Both the position numbers and the translations under genes were made by a program. The notes below the pieces were generated by a model. The model did not search any database. It had not been told where the DNA came from and was given only the letters and a program-made list of their open reading frames with translations. Below are positions 27,126 to 36,150 of a stretch of 64,000 nucleotides of DNA, one piece after another. This DNA comes from Bacteroidia bacterium (lineage in GTDB: Bacteria; Bacteroidota; Bacteroidia; M30B66). The stretch lies in contig OZ257142.1 in assembly GCA_965279035.1 (NCBI GenBank), positions 2,272,001 through 2,336,000 on the forward strand. Direction: 5' to 3'. Within the stretch, counting starts at the first letter, position 1. Each line of letters starts with the position of its first letter.

Positions 27126-27630
27126 CAAAATTATTAAACGAAATTTTTCAAATAAATGAGATTGCGTGAAGCATGTAGCTGTTTATGAGTAGTTTAGTTA
27201 AGTGTCAATTTGAAATACCATTTGAATTATTCTATTCCTTTTAAGTTTAAAAGGTTATACCCACTAAATGAAATCAATGAAGATTTTATAATCATCTATT
27301 TACAAGCATTTATACTATCAATAATTATTGACTATTAGTTATTGTGAATAAACAAGCATAGCAAAGTCAGTTACCTATAGCATTTTGGGGTTTAAATTTT
27401 CGTGTTTCCTAAAACATTAACTGTTTTCCTCAGTTGATCTCAGAAAGTGATTAATTGAAGGTGGTAAGAATATTAATTTGTTTAAAAATACTAATTCGTC
27501 AAATGAGAAGGGGAATTAGTTTTGGGTAGAGAAAAGCTTCTTCGGAGCAGAGAAATAACCCACAATTTTTTTAGCGATAGAATCGCAATATGCTATTGAT
27601 TTCAAAATAACCTTGTTTCCAGAAATAAGA

Positions 27631-27736
27631 AAAACCAATTAACATGATGAGCTTTTTGCGTTTAGCGGAGAAAGATTCCCTCTGAGCGGATGTATAACAC
27701 TCAACGATTTTTCCTGATGGCACCGCAATCTTCTCC
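27631..27736 (-). pseudogene. Degenerate copy of tRNA-Ser plus its terminator
   Basis: 27631-27675 matches 27761-27805 at 40/45 positions; 27687-27711 matches 27820-27844 at 22/25. T-arm scrambled, D-arm deleted. Confidence 0.8.
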
Positions 27737-27758
27737 AATTACACTATTGATTAAAATG

Positions 27759-27787
27759 AAAAAGCCCATCAACATGATGGGCTTTTT
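27759..27787 (-). terminator. tRNA-Ser terminator
   Basis: AAAAAGCCCATC-AACAT-GATGGGCTTTTT. Confidence 0.85.
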
Positions 27788-27792
27788 GCGTT

Positions 27793-27880
27793 TGGCGGAG
27801 AAAGAGGGATTCGAACCCCCGGAGGTATAACCCTCAACGGTTTTCAAGACCGCCGCAATCGACCGCTCTGCCATTTCTCC
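27793..27880 (-). tRNA. tRNA-Ser(TGA)
   Basis: Reverse complement GGAGAAATGGCAGAGCGGTCGATTGCGGCGGTCTTGAAAACCGTTGAGGG...GTTCGAATCCCTCTTTCTCCGCCA; CCA encoded; -7 box TACTTTTG at 27886-27893. Confidence 0.97.
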
Positions 27881-27960
27881 GGGGGCAAAAGTAGTATTTG
27901 AAAGCGTTTCGCCAAAAAAAAGATTCAATTTTCTTGAAAAGCTTTTGCGATATTGCCGCT

Positions 27961-28860
27961 GTGAAACGGCTTTTTATTCTGAATGTGCTGATTATCTGTG
28001 TACTTGCATTACCCGCAGTAGCACAAATAAAAAATAGTGATTCACTTGAAATCATACAAAATAGAAGGCTAATACGAGCCGAATTGATCACAGGAGCTGT
28101 TTATGTTGGAAGCATGAGCACACTTTATCAAGCTTGGTATCGAGATTATCCGTTTCAAAAGTTCCATTTTTTTAATGATTTTCCAGAATGGAAGTGCATG
28201 GATAAATTAGGTCATGCTACAACTTCTTGGTGGGCTGCCCAGTGTTTATATAATGGTCAAAAATTAAGTGGAATAACGAAAGGAGATGAATTGTTTAGAG
28301 CTGCACTAATACCACTTTGTTTTATGACAACCATTGAAGTATTTGATGGGTTTTCAAGTGGTTGGGGATTTTCTTTAGGTGATATGAGTGCCAATGTTGG
28401 AGGTCTAAGTTTGTTTTTAATCCAAGAACATTATTGGAATGAACAAAAAATCACATTGAAATATTCCTTCCATCATACCGATTTAGCAGCAAAAAGACCT
28501 GCCTTATTAGGTGCTAATAAAATTGAGCAACTATTGAAAGATTACAATGGGCAAACCTATTGGATTAATGCACCAATCAATAGAAAAGGGTGGTTGTGTA
28601 TCAGTTTGGGATATGGTGCTAGTGGAATGTTAGGAGCTCGAAACAATATGTGGACTAACGAAAGTGGTAGTTATGACTATAGTTCGATTCCTCGGTATTC
28701 AACTTGGTCGCTTTCGATGGATATTGACTTATTAAAATTACCCTTTAAAAGTAAAGGTTGGAAATGGTTTTCAACAACGTTTAGGTGGATAAAAATACCA
28801 GCTCCAACAGTGCAATGGTCTTCTTATCATGGGTTTAAAGCTTTTCCTATTTATTTTTAA
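27961..28860 (+). CDS. DUF2279/YfiM-like membrane protein
   Basis: WY..Y....FHFFND..EW..MDK.GH, E.FDGFS..WGFS.GD..AN, KDYNGQTYW; likely GTG start at 27961. Confidence 0.8.
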   Translation: MKRLFILNVLIICVLALPAVAQIKNSDSLEIIQNRRLIRAELITGAVYVGSMSTLYQAWYRDYPFQKFHFFNDFPEWKCMDKLGHATTSWWAAQCLYNGQKLSGITKGDELFRAALIPLCFMTTIEVFDGFSSGWGFSLGDMSANVGGLSLFLIQEHYWNEQKITLKYSFHHTDLAAKRPALLGANKIEQLLKDYNGQTYWINAPINRKGWLCISLGYGASGMLGARNNMWTNESGSYDYSSIPRYSTWSLSMDIDLLKLPFKSKGWKWFSTTFRWIKIPAPTVQWSSYHGFKAFPIYF

Positions 28861-29043
28861 CTTATTTTCATTGTAAAGTGAAACAAACATTTGCAAATGC
28901 TTCATACTAAGTAGTATATCTTATTCGTTTGTCTTTCTGAACGTACGACAGTCAATATCCTTTAAAACATTCGTATGAAATACACTTGCTTTTCTATATT
29001 TTTGTGTTATTCTTAATGTGTGAAGTTTCAACAGGTCACCACT

Positions 29044-30957
29044 ATGCAACAAATTTCGAAGTTTCAACTTGGGCTGCTCTTACTACTTTGTAGTTTAACT
29101 TTTTCTAAAGTTTCTGCTCAAGCTCCTCAAGCTGGTGATTGCTTAGGCGCCTATACAGTATGTGCTATTTCATACAATCAAGCTTTATCTTTTCAAGGTG
29201 AAGGCAATTATTTAGGAGAAATCAATACCTTATCATCCTGTCTAACTAGCGGAGAGAGAAATAATTCATGGTATATTATTACAGTTCAAACTCCTGGAAC
29301 ATTTGGTTTTAACATTATACCGAATTGCGATAATGCTGATTATGATTGGGCTTTATTCGATTTAACAAACTCTACCTGTGCTGATATTGCTACTGATCCA
29401 ACCTTACAAGTAGGATGTGATTTTTCAGGCTCTACCTTTCCAACTTCCGTTACAGGAATGAATAATGGATTAAATCCACAAGACGAAGCCATGATTAATG
29501 TTGCTGCTGGAAATGTTTATGCATTAAATATCAATAATTTTTCAGGACTTGGACAATGTGGTTATCAGTTAAATATGGCTATTTCTACAGCCGGAATCAT
29601 CGATTTAACTCCACCAACGCTTCAAGCGGTTACTTCTCAAGTTAGTTGTGGTTCAACTGCCATTACATTTAGCTTTAGTGAATTTGTAAAATGCAGTACA
29701 GTAAATGCCTCGAAATTTTACCTGATTGACCCTCTAGGAGTTCAAATTCCGATAACAGGTGTTACAAGTGTAGCCTGTTTAAATGGTGGATTAAACGATA
29801 AGGAATTTACTCTCTTATTAGGTCAACAGCTTGTTCAAGGTGGTGTTTATGAAATTCAAAGTTTCGGTAGAGTCGAAGATAACTGCGGAAATTTTGATCC
29901 AGACACGCAAAGTGTTTTCTTTAGTTTTAATGCTGTAGAAATACAAGCTGTTACACAAACTCAATTAGTAGATTGTCGCGCTAGTAATGGAAAAGCAGAT
30001 GTAACTACTGCTTTTGGTACTGGTCCAGTTAATTATGCATGGATTCCTTCGGGACAAACGAGTCAATTGGCTCAAGGCTTGGCTTTTGGATGGCATTATG
30101 TAACTGTTACTGATGCATTAGGCTGTATAGATCGTGATTCAATTTTTATTCAGGATATCAATAATTTTCAAGTACAAATAGTTGTATTACCAGATACTTG
30201 TTCATTTGGTTTGGGTTCTGCCTATGCTTTAGTTACTGGTGGAACTCCATTTGTACCACGTTATAATCGTCAAGAATATACCTATTTCTGGAATGTGGTT
30301 GGGCAAAGGAGTGATACTACCTTCGTAGATAGTTTGTTAACTGGTTCATATCAAGTTTCTGTTAGAGATAGTTTTGGTTGCATTTATACCGAAGTGGTCA
30401 ATATTCCTGATTATCGTTTTAATTTAATAGCTGATTTTATTTTTTCACCGGACACCATGCCCATTCCGGGTATTTTACCAACAGTATCTTTTCTAAACCA
30501 ATCAATCAACGCAACCAATTTTATTTGGAATTTTGATAGTGGAGATATTTCAACAGAATATGAACCAGATTATATTTTTCCAGGTTCAGGCACTTATGAT
30601 GTCAAGCTCATTGCTATGAATTCTTTTGGGTGCAAGGATTCAATTTCAAAGCCCGTCACAATCGATTTCCTATTAAATTATTTTGCCCCCAATGCCTTTA
30701 CTCCGAATGATGATTTAATCAACGATTCATTCAATATTGTTATAACAGGCATCATGGACTCAACCTATCTGATGGTTATTTTTGATCGATGGGGAAAAGA
30801 GATTTTTGTTTCCAACGACCGCAAACAACCTTGGTCTGGTAAAGATGCTAGTTCAGGTAAAATGTATCCTTCGGGTTGTTATTTATTCCGTAGTAGTTTT
30901 ATTGATCAATCGGGAAAAAAACATGTACTCTACGGGAAGGTATTGTTGATTGGATAA
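29044..30957 (+). CDS. Surface protein with SprB-like/PKD domains and T9SS type B (gliding-motility C-terminal) domain
   Basis: DC..A..VC N-terminal motif, Y.VTVTD..GC repeats, PKD WNFDSG...PG.Y.VKL, and PNAFTPN.D..ND...IFDRWG C-terminal domain. Confidence 0.88.
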   Translation: MQQISKFQLGLLLLLCSLTFSKVSAQAPQAGDCLGAYTVCAISYNQALSFQGEGNYLGEINTLSSCLTSGERNNSWYIITVQTPGTFGFNIIPNCDNADYDWALFDLTNSTCADIATDPTLQVGCDFSGSTFPTSVTGMNNGLNPQDEAMINVAAGNVYALNINNFSGLGQCGYQLNMAISTAGIIDLTPPTLQAVTSQVSCGSTAITFSFSEFVKCSTVNASKFYLIDPLGVQIPITGVTSVACLNGGLNDKEFTLLLGQQLVQGGVYEIQSFGRVEDNCGNFDPDTQSVFFSFNAVEIQAVTQTQLVDCRASNGKADVTTAFGTGPVNYAWIPSGQTSQLAQGLAFGWHYVTVTDALGCIDRDSIFIQDINNFQVQIVVLPDTCSFGLGSAYALVTGGTPFVPRYNRQEYTYFWNVVGQRSDTTFVDSLLTGSYQVSVRDSFGCIYTEVVNIPDYRFNLIADFIFSPDTMPIPGILPTVSFLNQSINATNFIWNFDSGDISTEYEPDYIFPGSGTYDVKLIAMNSFGCKDSISKPVTIDFLLNYFAPNAFTPNDDLINDSFNIVITGIMDSTYLMVIFDRWGKEIFVSNDRKQPWSGKDASSGKMYPSGCYLFRSSFIDQSGKKHVLYGKVLLIG

Positions 30958-30972
30958 ATCTTCGAACAACAA

Positions 30973-31734
30973 TTAAAGTTCTATCGTTAATCCGTCGTAA
31001 GCAAGTCGGATAAAATCTGGAATTTCACGTTCAATTTCTTCTTGTCTACCAAGTTGATGACTGATATGAGTTAAGTAGGCTCTCTCGGGTTTTAAATAGT
31101 TAAGAATTGATACAGCTTCATCTAAGGTTAGATGAGATACATGGGTTTCTTTTCTTAATGCATTTAATACAATGACTTTACTGCCCTTCATTTTATCTAT
31201 TTCTTCAGAAGCTATTTTTTTAGCATCGGTCACATAGCAAAAATCGTTTATTCGATATCCATAAACAGGCATTAAATAATGTTCTACTAATATGGGAGTA
31301 AATAATTCTCCAAATAATTCAAAAGGATTAGTTGTGATACGGTGAAGATTTATTAATGGTATTCCTGGATATTTATCTTCAGCAAAAATGTAGGCGAATT
31401 CTCTTCTTAAAGCCTCTTCTACATGAGCACTTAAATAAAGATCCATGTATTTTTTTTGAAAAAAATTGAAGGCACGAATATCATCCAAACCTGCTATATG
31501 GTCTTTGTGTTCATGAGTATACAATACAGCATCGAGTTTTGTGATATGTTCCCTTAACATTTGTTGACGAAAATCTGGACCAGTATCAACTACAACATTT
31601 CTTCCATTCAATTCAATTAAAATCGAACACCTCAAACGTTTATCACGTTGATCTGTTGAAGTGCACACATCACATGAACAAGCAATAACAGGAACTCCCT
31701 GCGATGTACCTGTTCCTAAGAAAGTAATCTTCAT
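30973..31734 (-). CDS. MBL-fold metallo-hydrolase (PhnP/YcfH-associated family)
   Basis: FLGTGTSQGVP..C.C..C, THEHKDH, YVTD, THISH. Confidence 0.9.
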   Translation of the reverse strand: MKITFLGTGTSQGVPVIACSCDVCTSTDQRDKRLRCSILIELNGRNVVVDTGPDFRQQMLREHITKLDAVLYTHEHKDHIAGLDDIRAFNFFQKKYMDLYLSAHVEEALRREFAYIFAEDKYPGIPLINLHRITTNPFELFGELFTPILVEHYLMPVYGYRINDFCYVTDAKKIASEEIDKMKGSKVIVLNALRKETHVSHLTLDEAVSILNYLKPERAYLTHISHQLGRQEEIEREIPDFIRLAYDGLTIEL

Positions 31735-31807
31735 ATTTCAAACGTACGCGAAAATTCCCATTTATAAGAAAGAGATTGTAAATCCGATTTGTTTCCTTTG
31801 TTAAATT

Positions 31808-32926
31808 ATGAAGTACTATGTAATAGCAGGAGAAGCCTCAGGAGATCTTCATGGGGCCAATTTGTTAAAGGCAATTAAAGCAGAGGATTCTGAGGCAGAA
31901 TTTATCGCTTGGGGTGGTGATTTAATGGAAAAAGCCGGAGCAAGATTAGTCAAGCATTACAAGGATTTGGCATTTATGGGTTTTACCGAAGTGCTTATGA
32001 ATATTCGTACAATCTTTAAGAATATTCGCTTTTGTAAATCAGATATACTTCAATACAAACCCGATGTTCTTATCTTAATAGATTATCCTGGGTTTAATTT
32101 ACGAATTGCTGAGTTCGCTCATCAACATGGAATTCGTGTCTTTTATTACATTTCTCCACAAATATGGGCTTGGAAACAAAGTCGAGTGCATACTATCAAG
32201 AAAGTAGTGGAACACATGTATGTAATACTTCCATTTGAAAAAGAATTTTATGCTCGCTTTCATGTTGATGTGACGTATGTTGGGCATCCTTTAATTGATG
32301 CATTATCTCAATTTGAACGTGATTCAACTTTTAGAGATAGAAATAATTTGGGTGATAAACCTATTATCGCTTTATTACCTGGGAGCAGAAAACAAGAAAT
32401 TTCACGCATATTACCAGAAATGCTTTTAAGCATCCAAGAATTTAATGAGTATACTCCAGTTATTGCTGGTGCACCTTCTATTTCAACAGAACAGTATCTC
32501 GAATGGATCGGAAATTCCTCTGTGAAAGTAATTAGCGGAGAAACCTATCAATTATTATCTGAATCAACTGCTGCTATTGTTACTTCTGGTACGGCAACAT
32601 TAGAAACTGCATTATTTTCAATTCCTGAAGTTGTTTGTTATAAAGGAGGACAAATTTCATATTGGCTTGCTCGAAAACTTATTAAAGTGAAATATATTTC
32701 GCTTGTAAATTTGATTTTAGATCGTCTATCAGTTGTCGAATTAATTCAAGCTGATATGAATGCTGAAAAGGTAAAAACAACCTTAAAATCCTTACTTAAT
32801 AAGGGTGAAGTTAGAGAAAAGCAATTGACTGATTTTAAAGAATTAAAACAAGTATTAGGTGGAGGAGGGGCATCACAAAGAGCCGCTCATGATATGGTTT
32901 TGAGATTAAGGAAATTCCCTATTTAA
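31808..32926 (+). CDS. lpxB: Lipid-A-disaccharide synthase
   Basis: AGEASGD, IDYPGFN, SPQIWAW, LPFE, VGHP, LPGSR, SGTATLE. Confidence 0.96.
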   Translation: MKYYVIAGEASGDLHGANLLKAIKAEDSEAEFIAWGGDLMEKAGARLVKHYKDLAFMGFTEVLMNIRTIFKNIRFCKSDILQYKPDVLILIDYPGFNLRIAEFAHQHGIRVFYYISPQIWAWKQSRVHTIKKVVEHMYVILPFEKEFYARFHVDVTYVGHPLIDALSQFERDSTFRDRNNLGDKPIIALLPGSRKQEISRILPEMLLSIQEFNEYTPVIAGAPSISTEQYLEWIGNSSVKVISGETYQLLSESTAAIVTSGTATLETALFSIPEVVCYKGGQISYWLARKLIKVKYISLVNLILDRLSVVELIQADMNAEKVKTTLKSLLNKGEVREKQLTDFKELKQVLGGGGASQRAAHDMVLRLRKFPI

Positions 32927-32998
32927 TCCATTTTGAATTTGTTGATAAGCAAATTTATTGCGGGTACATAAATATGTATACGGAATTAATTTTGAATA

Positions 32999-34162
32999 AT
33001 GTTTCCTTTCAAGATTATACTCTTTATACTTTTTATTCCACACATTATTTGGTCGCAGCAAAAAGGAATTCGTGTTGGTCTTTATAGAGCGTCTCAAATA
33101 AATGAAGTGTCTATCGAATTTGATCAAAATTCTAAATTTGAAATATCTCCTGGGATATTTATATGGGGAAAAACCAACCATAGTATATTCAGACTCAAAG
33201 TCAATGGGAATAAAATAAGTGTATTTCAAAATAATATCTTCCTCGGATCTTCATCCAAAGTGAAATGCCTCTCTACAAAAGAGAATTACATATTATTAAA
33301 ACCAGTAAAGCCTGATTATAAAGGAAACAAATATCAAGGTGAAATCGAATTGAGTGTTGAGTCAGGCCATCTTAAAATGATCAATCACTTAGATTTAGAT
33401 ACGTATTTAATAGGTGTTTTGAGAGGAGAGGTTGGTTATGATAAACCAATGGCTTTATATCAAGTACATGCAATTTTATCAAGAACATACGCTCAGTTTT
33501 ATCCGTGGCGACATAAATCAGAAGGATTTAATGTATGTGATCAAACACATTGTCAGGTTTACAAAGGTTGGTTTGATTACAAACCATTTTCTGACGCTGT
33601 AAAATCGACTGAATCAATTATTGTAAAAGACAGTGTAAGTGGCGAAGTTGCTGAATTACTTTTTCATTCTAATTGCGGAGGAATGACAAACGCTTCGGAA
33701 GATGTTTGGAAATCTACATTGACGTATTGTCGAAATATAAAAGACACCTTTTGCCTTCAAGGGAAAAATGCAGTTTGGGTTAAACAGATTTCAATGGAGA
33801 GCTTTTGTAAAAAGATGAACATTGATTTGCCCAAGGATTCAATTCTTAAATCAGATTTATGTATTTCTATATGTAGTAATTCTGAAAGCAGAATTCATAC
33901 TATTCAATTTCAGGAACGGAAATATAAAATGATTGATTTGCGCTCAAAGTTTGATTTGAAATCAGCTTGGTTCGATTGGGAGTGCAGGGGAGATTCTGTT
34001 TTATTTTATGGGAGAGGATTTGGTCATGGAGTTGGCTTATGTCAAGAAGGTGCAATTCGTATGGCTGAACTAGGTTATACACCTGAACAAATTATTAAAT
34101 ATTATTTTAAAGGTGTTATTCTAGCAACCCTAATCGAAACAGATAAATCAAATTATAAATGA
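32999..34162 (+). CDS. SpoIID/LytB domain lytic transglycosylase-like protein
   Basis: Y.G.I...IN...YL.GV..GE, CDQTHCQVY, FHSNCGG.T, GRGFGHGVGLCQ.GA. Confidence 0.9.
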   Translation: MFPFKIILFILFIPHIIWSQQKGIRVGLYRASQINEVSIEFDQNSKFEISPGIFIWGKTNHSIFRLKVNGNKISVFQNNIFLGSSSKVKCLSTKENYILLKPVKPDYKGNKYQGEIELSVESGHLKMINHLDLDTYLIGVLRGEVGYDKPMALYQVHAILSRTYAQFYPWRHKSEGFNVCDQTHCQVYKGWFDYKPFSDAVKSTESIIVKDSVSGEVAELLFHSNCGGMTNASEDVWKSTLTYCRNIKDTFCLQGKNAVWVKQISMESFCKKMNIDLPKDSILKSDLCISICSNSESRIHTIQFQERKYKMIDLRSKFDLKSAWFDWECRGDSVLFYGRGFGHGVGLCQEGAIRMAELGYTPEQIIKYYFKGVILATLIETDKSNYK

Positions 34163-34537
34163 TTTAAGGCATTATGATTATTTTTAGAATACAATATAAA
34201 TGCAGAATTAATTTGGAGGAAGAATTAGATTGATACATAAAATTGATTTGATTTTATAAACTGAGGTTATTCACAGTCAGCTTGTTTGTAAATATTTAAA
34301 TCGTTTAAAAACAGTGAGATTTAAATAGTATATTATTTTCGAAATTCAATTAAAAACAATGTTGTGAGAGTTATTTTTGGAATTTCAATTTAAATAAAAA
34401 ATAATTAAACATAAATTAATCTGCTTGATATTCAGTCGAATAGATATTAATGAATTAAAATAAATGAAATAAAACATATTCCATTGTAACCTTTATTAAT
34501 GATTTAAAATATATTAGCACAAAATAATTGAATTTAT

Positions 34538-35533
34538 ATGGCAAAAAACATCGAATTCTCTGCTGAGGAAATGTCTGAACTTCACGCATTTTACATCCAT
34601 GAAATGGAAAAAGCGGAGGTGAGATTAAAAGCAATTAAGTCCATTATTGCTAAAATTGGAACAGCTCCTAAAAAACGTGGGCGTAAACCAACAAATGAAA
34701 AGCAATTAACAAAAGCGATTGCTGCAGATTTAAAAGCTTCCGAACCAAAAGCTTCTAAAGTTGCAGGTCGTAAACCTGGACGTCCTGCTAAGGCAAAAAG
34801 TAATGCACCAACAATTGCAACAAGCGCAAAACGTCGTGGTCGTCCTTCAAAAGTGAAGGCACCTGTTGCATTAGCTTCTTCGACTGCACCAGCAGCAAGC
34901 CCCGAAATAAAAAAACGTGGTCGCAAGCCTGGAAGTAAAGTCGTTTCAAAAGCAACGAAAGCACCTGTAATTAAAAAAGCATCATCTAAAAAAGGTGCTC
35001 CTAAAAAAGCAGTTGCAAAAAAAGCGTCCACTAAAGCAGCAGCATCTAATGATGTTAAAGCAGATTCTTCAAAAGCAATTAAGCCAATTGTAAAAAAAGC
35101 ATCTAAGGTTGTTGCTAAGAAAGCTGCAAAACCTGCTGTGAAAAAAGCAGCGAAAGTTGTTGCTATTAAATCAGCTAAACCAGCAGCTAAAAAAGCAACA
35201 TCAGCCCCTGTCAAAAAAGAAGCTAAACCAGTAGTTACCAAAGCGCCAAAAGCTCCCAAAGCAGCAAAAGCACCAAAGGCAGCAAAAGCACCCAAAGTAG
35301 CAAAAGCTCCGAAAGCAGCAAAAGCTCCTAAAACGCCAACTGTAAAAGCTGAAAAAACTTCTGCACCAAAAGCAGTTAAGGTTGCAAAACCGAAAGCAGT
35401 AACAGTGAAGAAACCAGCAGCAGTTAAAGTAAAACCTGCTAAAAAGGCTGTTGCTAAAAAAGTAGAAGTAAAAAAAGCTCCTGACACTGCACCAGCTGCC
35501 GCTCCTTCTGGAGAAAATACTACTCAAGCATAA
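34538..35533 (+). CDS. Lys/Ala/Pro-rich histone H1-like DNA-binding protein with multiple AT-hook-like motifs
   Basis: About 40-aa amphipathic N-terminal helix, then KKRGRKP, GRKPGRP, KRRGRP and KKRGRKP, then a long KKAA/KAPKAA tail; followed by its own terminator. Confidence 0.8.
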   Translation: MAKNIEFSAEEMSELHAFYIHEMEKAEVRLKAIKSIIAKIGTAPKKRGRKPTNEKQLTKAIAADLKASEPKASKVAGRKPGRPAKAKSNAPTIATSAKRRGRPSKVKAPVALASSTAPAASPEIKKRGRKPGSKVVSKATKAPVIKKASSKKGAPKKAVAKKASTKAAASNDVKADSSKAIKPIVKKASKVVAKKAAKPAVKKAAKVVAIKSAKPAAKKATSAPVKKEAKPVVTKAPKAPKAAKAPKAAKAPKVAKAPKAAKAPKTPTVKAEKTSAPKAVKVAKPKAVTVKKPAAVKVKPAKKAVAKKVEVKKAPDTAPAAAPSGENTTQA

Positions 35534-35554
35534 TATAGAATTTTCTACGTCTTT

Positions 35555-35593
35555 AACGGCAGTTCTGAAATTCAGAGCTGCCGTTATTTTTTT
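35555..35593 (+). terminator. Intrinsic terminator after the histone-like gene
   Basis: AACGGCAGTTCTGA-AAT-TCAGAGCTGCCGTT followed by ATTTTTTT. Confidence 0.85.
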
Positions 35594-35664
35594 GTTCAAT
35601 TTCCTGTTTATGTTTTATTTAAATTTTCATTGCATTCCATAGACTTACAGTCTATTTTCGTTTC

Positions 35665-36150
35665 ATGAAATTTACTATTGAAGTAGCTCAACCTATTGAT
35701 ATTCCTGAAATTTTAGGACTCATTAAACAATTAGCTATTTATGAAAAAGCGGCCGATGAAGTCGTTGTTAATGAAGCCATTTTACTTCAAGATGGATTTG
35801 GGATTCATAAAATATTCGATTGCTTTATTGCGCGTACTGAAGATCAACGTATTCGAGGAATGGCTTTGTATTACACGAAATACTCCACTTGGAAAGGACG
35901 TTGTTTGTTTTTAGAAGACATCATTGTTGATGAACAATACCGTGGATTCGGAATTGGCAAAGCACTTTTCAAAGCGGTTTATGAAGTTGCACGAAATTCA
36001 AAATCGGGTCGACTCGAATGGCAGGTATTGGATTGGAATGAACCAGCAATAGGTTTTTACAAACGATTTAATGCACAATTTGATGCTGAATGGATAAACT
36101 GTAAGTTTAGTTTTGATCAACTTCAACAAACCGAATCGAATCAGTTATGA
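35665..36150 (+). CDS. GNAT N-acetyltransferase (SSAT/diamine acetyltransferase-like)
   Basis: LA.YEK, YSTWKG..LFLED..V..YRG.GIG, WQVLDWN.PAI.FY. Confidence 0.9.
   Translation: MKFTIEVAQPIDIPEILGLIKQLAIYEKAADEVVVNEAILLQDGFGIHKIFDCFIARTEDQRIRGMALYYTKYSTWKGRCLFLEDIIVDEQYRGFGIGKALFKAVYEVARNSKSGRLEWQVLDWNEPAIGFYKRFNAQFDAEWINCKFSFDQLQQTESNQL

Noticed and set aside
27701-28091. ORFs 27701-27928 and 27834-28091
   Set aside because: They run through tRNA-Ser and antisense to the DUF2279 gene; no protein features.
34591-35487. 298-aa antisense ORF (and 35201-35599) opposite the histone-like gene
   Set aside because: Shadow frame: Lys/Ala/Pro codons give few stops on the reverse strand, and the F/L/A/G-rich product simply mirrors the sense repeat.
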